Notes: generated by a model from the letters alone, not told the origin. Positions 11,391-23,400 are shown, counted from the stretch's first letter. The stretch: 39,873 nt of DNA from Corallochytrium limacisporum Hawaii (GCA_002811645.1 PDIP01000124.1:1-39873), one strand, 5' to 3'. Translations and numbers: made by a program.

Positions 11391-13701
11391 CCCCCCTACA
11401 GACGAAAAGAGAAAGGCAGGGGGTCCGACCGGGAAGGAAGGGGGGAGCGGGCGGGGAGAGGGAAGGAAGGAGGAAGGAAAGTAGCAAAAAATAGTACACG
11501 ACGTACCGATTGCTGATGTTTTCGGTCCCAAACCCCTTTTTCCTCCCTCCCTTGGTTTCTCTTCGTCTATTTTTTCCTATGGACCGCACGCACGCGACGG
11601 GGTGCGCTTTGCCCGTCCCCTTTTCCCGGTGCCGGCTGCTGCTGTGGTGAAACCATCGATGGAAACCACCCCGCACTCGGGCCGATGGGTTTTCAGCCCT
11701 TTCAGTCCACTTGCAGTCTGATACATATTTTTAGGCATGGTGAGCACAAGGATTAAACTTCCTTTTCCCTGCCAACTCAACTTCAAACACTCGTCTTGTG
11801 CGTAGCGTGTTGCGCTATTCTTGCTTTTTGTATACATGATGCTTTCCTTTTTCAAACATTCACTATGGAGATCGGCCGGGGACTTGAAAAAAGGAGAGGC
11901 AGAAAAAGGCAAGAAGAATATTTTTGCAAGGCTTGCGGTAGGAAAAATGACAAATTCCTCTGGTCCGCGCTACTGCTGTACCGAAAGTACTGAATTGAGA
12001 CTCGATCGGGTAAGTGACAATTAGTTCTTTTGCTTTTGCTCATCGGCCGGGCGACTTACAAACCGAAAGTGCGTATATCTCTTTTGTTTTATCAAGTTTC
12101 TATCAATACATTAATTATACAAATGGCACATGGAGTGCGATCAAAATGCCCTGGAGCGGTTAGAATGGCACGCCGTCACGATAGTAAAATCACACGAGGA
12201 CATCAAAGGTTGTGTCAGATTAGCCTATCAGCCGCAAATGAAGTACATTTACTATATCAAAATGCGTGATTGATATCCGCGTACCACCCCCTACACCCCC
12301 CCCATCACACATGGGCAATGCATGGGGCTATCTGCATCCTCGAAGCAACCAAGACCAACATTAGTTTGCCCGGTCATGGGTATCCCTAAAAACCTAATTC
12401 ACAATCTATCCGTCACAATTGTGCCAATTGAAATAAAACCACATCCGCAACAAAACCCCCCACTTCTCTCTCTGTCTCTCTCTCTCCCCGGCCCCTCCGC
12501 CTCCTCCTCGGTTTCCAAGTTCATGGACCGGTGCTTCACTGCCCTGCCCCCCCCCCGGGGGCGCAAGTAGTGGGTTGAGGTAGTAAGAGAAGAATAAAAA
12601 GAATGCGTACTGTCTGGGTTTTTCCCAAAACCCAACGCGGCGGATCGAATCGCTATTTGCATCACACTTCACACCCATACCCAAAATGGCGTGTGGGGCT
12701 GTGCGGTCGTCCGGTTTCCGATCACGACATGTTAGTCCGGACAGGAATCCATAGTACATTAAGTATGAAGGAGAGCAAGGATGAGGTGGGCCGATAAAAG
12801 AACAAAAGTCAATGTACAACAAACTGGAGAAAATTCGATGCACCGACGGGACGACTGGCGAGTGAGGCAAGGCTGGGGTTCTTCGGAGTGAGAGATGGGC
12901 AGGGACGGGATCCAACTGAGAAATCACCGTATCAGCCACTATGTCCATATTGAAACAATGCATTTTTCCCGGACGGTAGGTCCCCGAAAACCACCATGCC
13001 CACATTGTACAACACAAACATCACTTATTATGCCGATGATAACGGCTGGCAGCCAGGAGACATGTGTGTGGATGTGTGTCGGTCTCACAAATTTCTGTCT
13101 GATATGTACAAAGATATCCATGTTAAACGTATGAGTAAATAGCAATCCCAATGTTGGCGGCGTGTGAAAAAGCCCTCGAAAGCAATTCTGCCTCAGTATT
13201 TTTTTCGAACCTTACACACCAGCACCACCACACGTCCACTATCAGCGATAGCAACGATGGGAATTTGGTGGTGCAAAGCTCAGTACATTTAATATCGATC
13301 ATTATGGATCCTGGGGGCCCTACCACTTGTTACGTATGGAACGGAGATGAAACGACCGGCCCGTGGGTGCGCACCACCGCAATAGAAAAGCTCTGTGAAG
13401 CCAGGAGCCCTGCCCTACCTCACAGATCCTTTTCCAATACTTCGCATTCTGAATTCACACAACCACGGGAGGGTGGGTGGGCAATCAACCCACTTCACGA
13501 CCCCGCCAAAACGAGTCACACCTACCCGTCTACTGTCTCAGAAATTCACACCGTCTCCAACTCCAACCTCCCCCCCTCTCCCTTCCTGGAGGACGCAGTC
13601 CAGGGACAAAATAAATTGTTAGAGAGTGAGAGAGGCGAGAGAGAGAGAGAAGATTTAAATAGTAAGTGGGAATCCCCGGTGGTGTCACAATGTGGGGTGC
13701 C

Positions 13702-13703
<2 letters not shown>

Positions 13704-13772
<69 letters not shown>
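13704..13772. repeat. (TG)n microsatellite running into an assembly gap
   Basis: Perfect GT run up to the Ns. Confidence 0.97.
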
Positions 13773-13849
13773 NNNNNNNNNNNNNNNNNNNNNNNNNNNN
13801 NNNNNNNNNNNNNNNNNNNNNNNNNNNNNNNNNNNNNNNNNNNNNNNNN
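13773..13849. other. Assembly gap (N run)
   Basis: Run of N. Confidence 0.99.
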
Positions 13850-14120
13850 GCGGAGCACGACTTCGTCCCCCACCCCAAAACCCCATCTTTTAGTATGCCC
13901 GCGGCTTCGTTTGTGAACTGCAGTGAATATAGGGGACGGAACAGTATTGTTCTGTATCTCTGTGTGTGTGTGTGTGTGTGGTGTGAGCGGTGGGAGGGTG
14001 GTGTGGATGGCTGCGGAGCACGACTTCGTCCCCCACCCCAAAACCCCATCTTTTAGTATGCCCGCGGCTTCGTTTGTGAACTGCAGCGAATATAGGGGAC
14101 GGAACAGTATTGTTCTGTAT

Positions 14121-14162
<42 letters not shown>

Positions 14163-14180
14163 AACAGTATTGTTCTGTAT

Positions 14181-14267
<87 letters not shown>
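13850..14267. repeat. Tandem duplication (163-bp period) plus a truncated third copy, each carrying a (TG)n tract
   Basis: gcggagcacgacttcgtccccc... starts at 13850 and again at 14013, with one substitution (cagtgaa vs cagcgaa). ggaacagtattgttctgtatctc(TG)n occurs at 13938, 14101 and 14161. Confidence 0.9.
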
Positions 14268-14268
<1 letters not shown>

Positions 14269-16719
14269 CATGACTGACAGGCAATCCGCACAAAACTACG
14301 GGACACACGAATTCTGTCGTGGTCGTGTCGATTACCTGGAGAGCCATCGAAAGAGTCCCAGGCATTAAACCACAATGTGGGAGGAATCGAGAAGATTTAT
14401 CGAGAGCTGAGAATATTGCAAACATTATTTAGTATATTTAGTATTATATTTATCTTAATTGGGAAGTCTCATAATAGTCAGACCTATCTACAATTTTATA
14501 GCCTTCATCTACCGTGGTCTTGCCTTCCAACAACTCCCCCCCCCCACCACGGCCTGCTCCTTGGGGCTAGCGCGCTCTCCTAATTGGCCGGCCCGTACTC
14601 CGTCGGGAAGCACGCCGGTCCGGCATTTCCCCCCCCCTCCCTTTTTTTTTTCCTTTTTTCTTTTACTTTGGAAACCCGAACGTCTCGTTGGTCGAGCAAG
14701 AACTAAAACACACACCAAAGAAGAGGGGGGGGGGGGGGAAGAGGGAGAGAAAGTTAGTGGAGCGAGGTCAGATGTGACACGCAATGAGCGCATGACCGAG
14801 GGAGAGCGAGGATGAGCGACGGATATATCGCCCGGTGTGTGCATTAGCACACGACGTGCGTGTGCGTCGAAGGAATGGCTTCGTTTGGTGTTATATTTTT
14901 TTCCCTTTTTGCTTGGTCGGAGCGGGTGGTGGTAAAATACACAGCAGGTACGGGGACTGCGGATGGTAGGGGGGGGGGTTACATGCTCTGCCATTGGTGG
15001 GCATAAACTCACCTTTCCTTCAGAAGGAAGAAGTAACAAAGGAAAATAGGGAAGGAATTTTCAGACGAATGTGCTCGCACATCTTCCCCGGAGGTATTTT
15101 TTATTTCGTTTTTTTATACCATTTTTCCTTCCCCCCCCCTCCTCTCTACCCTAACCTTCTCTTTGCACTCTCCGAAGTAAATACCGCGGCACGCCGCGGG
15201 TGAGACTCGTACGTGGGTCTCTTCCCGACCGTCCCTCTTTTATAACTTCCTATCCACCCAAGAAAATATTAGCGAAGGATTTGTACTTGTGACGTTCGTG
15301 TGTGAAGGGGATTGGCAAGCGGGCCACCGGGGGGAACGGACTACAGAAAAAATATGCAAGGGATACATACTCAACCTTTGTTTTGGAAAATCTGAAAAAA
15401 AAAAAGGAAATGGGAGAAGTCCACGCAACACAAACTTTACCTCGGACCAATTTGCAGCAACAACCAAAAAAATAAAAGAAAGAGGTGTGTAGATGTAGAC
15501 GAAGGGCGTAAAAGGTGGCCCCTATTCTCTAGGGCTATTGCGTGCTTTTTGTGACGCGTTGTGTGCGTGTGTGTGTGTGTGTGACTGCCCTCAGACGAAA
15601 CCCAAAGGAGTCGGATTTTGGGGCGGCGTGAACGTGAACAACAAGCTAAAGATTAGATCAACAAGGGAATGCACTCACACACTCACACTCACATATGCGC
15701 ACAGATGCCTGTCCTTTCTCATATATTTACTATTGCGTGATCAAAGTCCTTTTCCCTTGCGTGGTCTGCAGGGCGGTCTCGGGCATTCGGGAAAAGGGGG
15801 AGGGGGGCCTTCGGGAATTCCTTATTTTTTTTTTGTTTCGTTCGTTCGGGATAGGTGGCTTCCCCGCTGTGGCCCTTTTGGCTGTCTGAATAATTTTTTC
15901 TCTCAGAGATCGCGAGAAAATGAAAATTTTTCAGGTCACCCATCCGAATTGGAAAGTACTGGAATGAGAGAGACATGGAGCACATCATCGAATTGGCAAC
16001 GCACGTTTTATATAGATAAGTATGGGGGAAGGAAGCCCTGTATCTATCTTTAGACACCGCCGCACGCCTTGGGAAAAAGTGGGCCCAAGAGAGTGGGGGC
16101 AAGGAAGACAGGGAAAAGGGGGAAAAGGGAGAGAGTGAGAGAGATTGCCCAGGTTCTCTTTTTTTTTTGGTTTTTTTTTTTGGTTCGAATCCCGAGACCA
16201 TGCGTGCGGCCCGCCGTTTTCTTGCTTGGTGTGTATATTTTGGGTGCGTTGAAAACCCTCGACGGTTGAGTTTGTGTGTGCGTGTGTGTGTGTGCGCCGA
16301 CAAACACAAAACTTTCTCTCTCGCTCTCGCTCTCTCACTCTTCGTTTCCTTTTTTTTTCCCCCTTTGTTGGTCTGGGCTTCCCCTGCGTTGTTGGTGGTA
16401 CGTTGCGTGTCGATCACGCACCGCCTTCGGCGACACCATACATGACATACCGTGAAAACTTGGAAAATAGCTGCCGCACCGCACAATATCACCACCACCC
16501 GAACATTCCCTCTGGCTGAGATAATCCACTTTCCCCCGGGGGGGGGTGGGGTGGGGGGGAAGGGGGGAGTGTTCCGTTAGGACTGACAGATGTGCGTGTG
16601 TGGCTGGTCGTCCAAAACGGCGCGTAGTTTGTGGTGAACGGTGATCAACAATGCTGCTGTACCTCATGCACACATTCATACACTTGTATACACAAGAACC
16701 AACTTAGGAAGCGAGTGCC

Positions 16720-16837
16720 TGATAGTTGGATGATAATCTTTTTGCGCAAGAAGTCTCGGGATCCCAGAGGGTATTTAAGGAATCGCCCATGCCCCGGCTT
16801 ATCACCAAGCTCTTATCAAATCCCCTAAGTTCGATAA
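16720..16837. promoter_or_regulatory. Cluster of GATA motifs upstream of WS/DGAT
   Basis: TGATAG 16720, TGATAA 16731, CTTATCA 16798, CTTATCA 16812, CGATAA 16832. TATA-like TATTTAA at 16772. Confidence 0.4.
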
Positions 16838-16883
16838 TTTTGAAACTTCGCGTTTCAGTGAAACAGCAAAACATATATTCAAG

Positions 16884-18389
16884 ATGAACAGACAATACGG
16901 AAAGAACACGCTCACTAAGCCTCTGAGTCCTCTCGACAATGCCTTTCGCGTCTTCGAGGGCTGTGAGGGCCAGATCATGACCGTCGGCAGCGTTTGGGTC
17001 TTCGACGAGGGTCTGGATGAGATGACAGTCTATGATGCCGTTGATCGGTGGATCAGCGAGTTCCCAGAATTGAAAATGAAGGCCATGGACCGTAGCTTCA
17101 AGCACCTCATACCCCGGGCTGACTGGGTAATCGATCAGAAGTTTAGCATTGAGCGTCATTTGACTTTTGAGAAGCTCCCGACCGGTAGCGCTGCCGAACT
17201 CCGCAAGCGCGTCGGTGACCTGTATGCCGCTCCTCTCGAACAAGACCGCCCCCTGTGGCACATGACTGTGTTCACCAACTACGATGGCGGAGCTGCTGTC
17301 CTCAACCGCATGAACCACGCCTACCTGGACGGCCAGGGTGGCATCCGTATGCTTCTGCAGCTCTGTGAGCAGGACCCCGAGAAGCTCAAGAAGCTTGCTG
17401 GCCACACTGCTCGTGCCAAGATGCTGGCCAAGAAACCTACTCTGACCAAGCGCGTCACCTCCACCGCCGTGGACACCTACCATACCAAGGTCAACACTGG
17501 CATGAATTTCCTGGTCGCTCTGGTCTACGCCTACATTGCCGGTATCATTGCTCTGGCGAATGGCATGGTTGATATTGCACGCGACTGGCTGCGCTACTTC
17601 ATGTTTGTTGCCTGGTGCCAGTACCATACTTGGACTAAGGCTTTCAAGGTGATGACCACCCGCCGCACGATCTTCAATCTGCCTGACTCTCCTATCAAGG
17701 ACTGGACCTGGTCCGAGGCCATCTCCGTTGCCGACATGAAGAAGATTGGCAAGGCCATTGGTGGTGTCTCCATCAACGATCTGATGGTTGGACTGCTGCA
17801 GCAAACTATGATCCAGTACGCTGAAGAACAAAACGGCAAGATCCCTGAGAAGACTTTCAATGTCTTCACCCCCATCAGCAAGCGCGCTTGGGACGACTGG
17901 GACCTTGGCAACAAGGTCTCCGGTGCCGTTGTGCCCTTCCGCACCGACCTCAATGATATCGTCGACATTATCCGGGATGTTAACAAGGAAATGGGTATGG
18001 TTAAGCTCAACACTGTTGAGAGTGACCTTGGATACTACACAAGTCCGCTCACCATGTCCTTCCCGCCGGCTTGGGGCCGCACCATCTTTGGCCACATGCG
18101 CCACAACTACATGCACGCCCTGCTGACCAACGTGCCCGGTCCCACCGAGGCTCTTGTCTTTGCCGGCAAGGAAATCACTGCCATGATCCCTGTCGTACCC
18201 CAACCGGCCGTTGGTGCCATCGGTACCGCCGTCATCAGCTACAATGGTGTTGCCCGCCTTTGCCTGGTTACCGATCAGGGACACATCAAGGGTGGCTCTC
18301 AGGCCCTCGCCGACCAGTACGTCAAGAACTACGAGGATCTGAGGGACCGTGTCCTCGGCAAGGAAGCCGCCACGGTCGGTGGCCAGTAA
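16884..18389 (+). CDS. Wax ester synthase / diacylglycerol acyltransferase (WS/DGAT family), 501 aa
   Basis: N-terminal LSPLDNAF, PLEQDRPLWHM, catalytic-type NHAYLDG (HHxxxDG variant), SINDL, DLGNKVS, TNVPGP, ISYNG. Strong codon bias. Confidence 0.93.
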   Translation: MNRQYGKNTLTKPLSPLDNAFRVFEGCEGQIMTVGSVWVFDEGLDEMTVYDAVDRWISEFPELKMKAMDRSFKHLIPRADWVIDQKFSIERHLTFEKLPTGSAAELRKRVGDLYAAPLEQDRPLWHMTVFTNYDGGAAVLNRMNHAYLDGQGGIRMLLQLCEQDPEKLKKLAGHTARAKMLAKKPTLTKRVTSTAVDTYHTKVNTGMNFLVALVYAYIAGIIALANGMVDIARDWLRYFMFVAWCQYHTWTKAFKVMTTRRTIFNLPDSPIKDWTWSEAISVADMKKIGKAIGGVSINDLMVGLLQQTMIQYAEEQNGKIPEKTFNVFTPISKRAWDDWDLGNKVSGAVVPFRTDLNDIVDIIRDVNKEMGMVKLNTVESDLGYYTSPLTMSFPPAWGRTIFGHMRHNYMHALLTNVPGPTEALVFAGKEITAMIPVVPQPAVGAIGTAVISYNGVARLCLVTDQGHIKGGSQALADQYVKNYEDLRDRVLGKEAATVGGQ

Positions 18390-18621
18390 AAAAAAGGAAT
18401 CAGAAACGGAACATCTTCATCACGACGTGACGAGAGAGTACCGTTTTTAGTAGCAACATGTAAATAGAATGAAACTTAGTTTAAAAAAACAAGATTGCCT
18501 CGTAGGAAAGTTGCGTCAGCGAATGTTATGTTTGGTGATAAATTCTTTAATTCGTAGTAGTTCAATTCTTCAATTCTTCAATTCTTACAATGAGTTTGGT
18601 TTGGCTCCGTTTTGGAAATTC

Positions 18622-20490
18622 CTACATGTGGTTGTGCAGCTTTTCTTTGTCCTCCGCCATCAGCGCCGGGGGCATGACGTCCAGAACATTTGGGTGGGCT
18701 GTGGCCAGGCTGAGGAATTCCTCAATTTCCAGGGCGGCATCCATGGAGCCCGCGATCTGCAGAAAGTCTGCGACCAGCGCATGGGGCAGACCGTACGCTC
18801 CAACGGCAACCTTTCCCTTTATAGATCCTTTGCGAGGTGGCAGACCTCTATTGCCGACGTTGTTCGCGTGCAGTGAGTGACAGCTGTTCATAATGGTCGC
18901 CAGGGCAGCCAGTGTGACTCCGCCAACCTGGGAGGTGGAAGAAATCGCGCTGGCGTCTGAGCACTGACGGCTGTCAGCCAGAGTGGTGCCATTGTACACC
19001 ACCCAGGCGAAGGCAGCACGCTCGGGCATTGTGCTGCCCGGTGCTTGCATATGGAAGGCGGCCAGGAACTTGCGCCATGTAATCGGTGCAGGCTCCCCGT
19101 CCGCCAAGTCAACAATACCACCAAAGGCAGTGTACAAGCGGCGAGCATGGATGGAGTCCGAGCTCAAGTTGCACATGCGACAGAATTCCATAAACTCAAT
19201 CTCTCCCTTCCTCTCCGGGTCATGATTGAGGAACTTCCGCAGCAAGCGCCGTTGGGCTGAAATGTCTAGGCGCTGGCGCGCCTCGACGTACCAAGCATCC
19301 CGTTTGAAGGTCTGGATGGCACCAGCATTGACCAGGTCATTCTCCAGCTGCAAATCTTCTACACCGTGCGGCACGCACGGCACACGCAAGCGCTTGGCCA
19401 TCAACCGGCGAGTCCGTTCGGCAAAGAGCACCGGGTTCTGCCGTTCAATGTCACTGGGCCGCACGGTGGGCATGAAGTGGATTTCCAGCCCATTGTTCCA
19501 CCGGCAGAAGAGCCGAAGCCATGCCCAGGAACTGTTGAAGTTGGTCCAACCTGGGTCAGTGGTTCCAGTCTTATAGCGGAGCACAACGGGCTGCACCGGG
19601 GCACCGGCACTGAAGATACCGGCCTTGAAGCGCATGAGGGCCTTGTTGTTACCACACGTTCCTTCCGGAAAGACCAGAATGGGGAAGTAATTCGGATTGC
19701 CCACGCGCTGCAGGATGGCCTTGGTCACCTTACGTTTGGACTCAACGCTGCCCCCGCGGTCCACCCATATGCCCTGCACAGCGTTAATATACTGACTGTA
19801 GATTGGCTGGGTTTGGCTGGCGGTGGAGGCCAACGGCAACGTAGTCACAAACGACTGCAAAAGAAAAGCATCCATGTAGCTCACATGGTTACTCACCAAA
19901 ATGCGCGTACGGTGGTCCCGTCGACCGTAAACTTCAATATTGTGAAATCCAACAAAGAAGCAGAGCACGCGAGCAAGGCCCTGGGTCTGCGTGAGTAGGA
20001 ACTTGCGGGTTCTGCTGAGGGGCTTCGGGTAGCCCCGAGCGTCATATTTTGGTTTGTACCCGATCACACACAACCGGATCCAAGCAATGCCCACCAGACC
20101 AGTCAGCACAAAGCCAACGAAACGCAGGAAGGGCAGGAGGAAGAGCGCAAAGCAAGCAATTGTCTCCTTCACGGCTTGCGCCGAGCTCCAACTCGTCCCG
20201 TGTCGTTCTGTTGGGGAAGGAAGAGTCAACTGTTCCTTCAAAAGATTCAAACTAAGGTCAATGCGAGCATTGGTTTCCTCGTTCTTAATCTCTTCCAATA
20301 TACTGTCCATGGCATATTCGGCATCGACTCCCGCGATGTGTGACAACCCGCGCTGCAGGTTCACCAATACATCATGCACTGGGCTAATCTTTTCCCGTTT
20401 CGAAGAAGCCCGCTTCTTCGGTCCCACGGAAAATACGTCATTGTCATATATGACAGCTGCCGAAGGTTCGACTGTGATGTTGGGCGCCAT
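18622..20490 (-). CDS. LPCAT/LPEAT-type lysophospholipid acyltransferase (PlsC/AGPAT fold) with degenerate C-terminal EF-hands, 622 aa
   Basis: SNHVSYMD (HxxxxD), WVDR, VFPEGT, FKAGIF, PVQPV, P.LFAE..R..MA..L, an N-terminal hydrophobic hairpin, and EF-hand-like DPERKGEIEFMEF. Confidence 0.9.
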   Translation of the reverse strand: MAPNITVEPSAAVIYDNDVFSVGPKKRASSKREKISPVHDVLVNLQRGLSHIAGVDAEYAMDSILEEIKNEETNARIDLSLNLLKEQLTLPSPTERHGTSWSSAQAVKETIACFALFLLPFLRFVGFVLTGLVGIAWIRLCVIGYKPKYDARGYPKPLSRTRKFLLTQTQGLARVLCFFVGFHNIEVYGRRDHRTRILVSNHVSYMDAFLLQSFVTTLPLASTASQTQPIYSQYINAVQGIWVDRGGSVESKRKVTKAILQRVGNPNYFPILVFPEGTCGNNKALMRFKAGIFSAGAPVQPVVLRYKTGTTDPGWTNFNSSWAWLRLFCRWNNGLEIHFMPTVRPSDIERQNPVLFAERTRRLMAKRLRVPCVPHGVEDLQLENDLVNAGAIQTFKRDAWYVEARQRLDISAQRRLLRKFLNHDPERKGEIEFMEFCRMCNLSSDSIHARRLYTAFGGIVDLADGEPAPITWRKFLAAFHMQAPGSTMPERAAFAWVVYNGTTLADSRQCSDASAISSTSQVGGVTLAALATIMNSCHSLHANNVGNRGLPPRKGSIKGKVAVGAYGLPHALVADFLQIAGSMDAALEIEEFLSLATAHPNVLDVMPPALMAEDKEKLHNHM

Positions 20491-23400
20491 AGTTTCCCGA
20501 GCGTACTCTGTCTAGGCACCCTCTATATGTGCGTAAATGTATATATCTCAGACCGATATAACTACTTGCGAAGTCCGAGCCCAGTTCTTTGAGTGACAAG
20601 GACTTGGGCGACGGTCAATGTACAGTTCCTTCTCGTTTTCAAAGCAACTGTTTCCGTGTGAATGGAAAGTGAGATTCCGTGCTGGAAGTCTCTGGCCAAC
20701 TCGCCTCTAGCCACAGTTAGAATGGCTTTTCCTTTGAAATACGTTCATTGAGGATCTGGCACAAACCCGCCATTAGTCTGAACTGTAACGATACTTATCC
20801 GAACGTATCAGTAAATCTATTGCCACATCAGTTGGGCACCAAACATATGCGAGGAGCTGCGCAATGGCGCTTGAAAAGCTTAACAAAGTGTCCGCATACA
20901 AATCTTCATTGACTTGAGACATCTACCCAACACAAACCACCCGACTCTACCAACTAACTTGGTACGACGCTGCCACTTTGCAATAGTTCCTGTTTCTTCC
21001 CCTCCTGGACACAGAGGAGCTTTGCTTTATTTTTGATTTTTTGTCAGAACTTAAAGTATAGGGGACATATCCAGTAAATGACAAGGACCATCGGTGATGT
21101 ACCCAAGTGGCGTGTTAAACAACACCAACTTTCTTGTTCCACTTCGACTTAAACTGGCGCGGAACTGTCTGTATGAATTGTACCTCCCCACCAATACGTA
21201 GTGCGGCTTTCCTATATATTATATACTTAAAGTCTTGCTGCTGATTTGTAATCTCGTAATTATTCAACCCATCTATCGGAGACGAGCAAAGGGGGAAATA
21301 AGAGCAAAAAAAGGAAAAACGGCCGGTACCTTTTGAGCCACAACACGGGGGGGGGAAGGACCCCCACTGGACACGCAACCGGAGAACGCGCCTTTTTCAT
21401 ACTGAACCGCTCCCTCCCTCTTCCTCCCCTAGTCCCCCTCCCCTCCTTTTTCTCTTCGTTCTTCTTCCCCCACCCAAGCAGCCACCACCACCCCTCCCCC
21501 CCCCCTTGTGTGTGTGTGAGTTTGTGAGTGTGATATCCCCCCCCTTCTTCTTCTTCCTTCGTCACGCTCCCCTCGCGGCATGTTCTATAGTAAACGTTAA
21601 GCGTACACCCCGTGGCCCATCTCTTCAGATCTTGTTTTTTTTTTTTTGTGGCTGCTTTCCCGGTCTGATCGGAGACAACGGGGTTCCATTTTAATGCCTC
21701 CCACCCACTGCCCTTCTCCCCCCGCCTTCCCTCCTGCACTGCTACCCCTCCTCCTTCCCCTCCCCCCCCCCACAGTCGCAAAGGTAGTTAAAGTACCAGC
21801 AGTTCGGAAGAAGAAATCCTTCGGAGACGTGCGTGCGGTTGCGTGTAAGTGTTGTGCGTGGAGCAAAAGGTAGTGGAGTGTCAAGGGTACGCGGTTTACC
21901 CCTGGGTCCCGGTGTGGGAACCCAGTACGTTGAGTATCGAACTGCCAACCGCTGTGGAGCACGGAGACTGCCTTGCCCAGTCTACCCAATGAGCGACCGA
22001 CTGTAAGAGAAGAAGTGGTAGGCCAATCGGCGAGCTGGGTCCGCATATCCTATACTGAAAGTACTGTTCTGTGTTGGGCAGTGGTCGGGGTGAGAAACGG
22101 TCACACGGTCCGTAATGAAAATCTATCCGCAGTCTTGCCACGTACTTGACACGTGAAATACATACATTAAGTATAGAAACAGAGAACGCTCTGGAGCAAA
22201 AACGAAGGAGGTCTGCTCACTCCTGGCGTAATCCAGGCCCTGTTTATGGTCCTAAGTCTCTCAATAGTGAAAGTGCCGCACTGGGCCAAGACATTTCTAT
22301 TCCGACGGATTGGATAACGGTGACCGACGGGTGGGAGGGAGGAGGGGTGGCAATTAACCCACCCCCGAGTCTCTCATACTTAATGTATAGCAGATGTGGG
22401 CAGCTGACAAGAACTGAGATTAATAAATCGAATACTCGGCACGCCGGGCAGATCTACAGTCATAGGCGATTGATACGTGGGAGGTATAAAGTACAGTACA
22501 TTTAATATCGTATACGATGTGGATATCGTTCTGCCGCATTAAAAAAAAACTTTACCCAAGAGCCTTTGCAGCACCCCCTTTGTGTACATTCACTACCGGG
22601 TCTGTGCCGCAATCGAGGAGCCACCCGCCGGAGGCTCGATAAAAAGAACGTGTGCACCACCCGACGCTATCGCGTCCGGTGCGGTGCGGACTGGCCGCCA
22701 ATCGGGTACATTCACTATAGAAGGTATCCACCCGGGGAAGCACCGCAAAGAGCCACCAGCCGCATTGCATCTTGGGGCCGCCATCGCCGGGTACAGGGCC
22801 CGGGGGCTTAAAATGGTCAGCCCGGCCTTTCCAGTGGGGCGGCGGCAGGAGGCAAGAGTATGGGGAGCGAGCAAAGGGGGGGGGGGCGAGGGTTGGAAGA
22901 CAAAGAAAGCCTGTGAGGGGGAGGGGGATCCCAGGGGAAGGGGCTTTGAGCCTTTGTAACCGTGCCCCGAGACACCCAAAAAAGAAAGGGCCTTGGTTAG
23001 TGCACGCCCGGAGGCGAGGCGTTAGAGAAACAAAAGAAATCAAGCGAGAAATCTCCTGGGCTTGGGCTCTAAGAGTATACTGGACGAAAATGATGTGATC
23101 GGGGACTAACGGGAAGTTTGTAGATGACACATGGAGTAGGCATACAGGGTGTACCAAGAGGTATGCCCGGGTTCACGTAGCTGCAGAGGAGTGTTCCAAT
23201 ATTTCTTCGGCAACTGCAAACATAGGCTTAGGGCGGCACTGACACTGGCCATCATCACAAAACAGGAGAGCATGGGCTTGTCGGTACCAGATACGTGGGC
23301 AGCTATTGGGTGGAAGTATTACTCACTACGTATGTAATTGCTCATTCCTGGAATCCCCACTGTCCGAACACGATTAGTTCGCAGTAAATGTAACGGCAGC

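Noticed and set aside
13938-14267. Three palindromic 23-bp direct repeats resembling a CRISPR array
   Set aside because: The spacers are mostly TG microsatellite and of unequal length, no cas genes are present, and the context is eukaryotic and next to a gap.
13530-14425. ORFs with HTHT/CVCV runs (and the RERE/SLSL ORFs near 7523-8108)
   Set aside because: These are translations of dinucleotide microsatellites and N gaps.
16182-16192. Pol III B-box / tRNA T-loop sequence GGTTCGAATCC
   Set aside because: It is preceded by poly-T with no T-stem, cloverleaf or A-box. One match in 40 kb is compatible with chance.
16704-18284. 526-aa ORF on the minus strand
   Set aside because: It is the antisense shadow of the strongly codon-biased WS/DGAT gene and shows no recognisable motifs.
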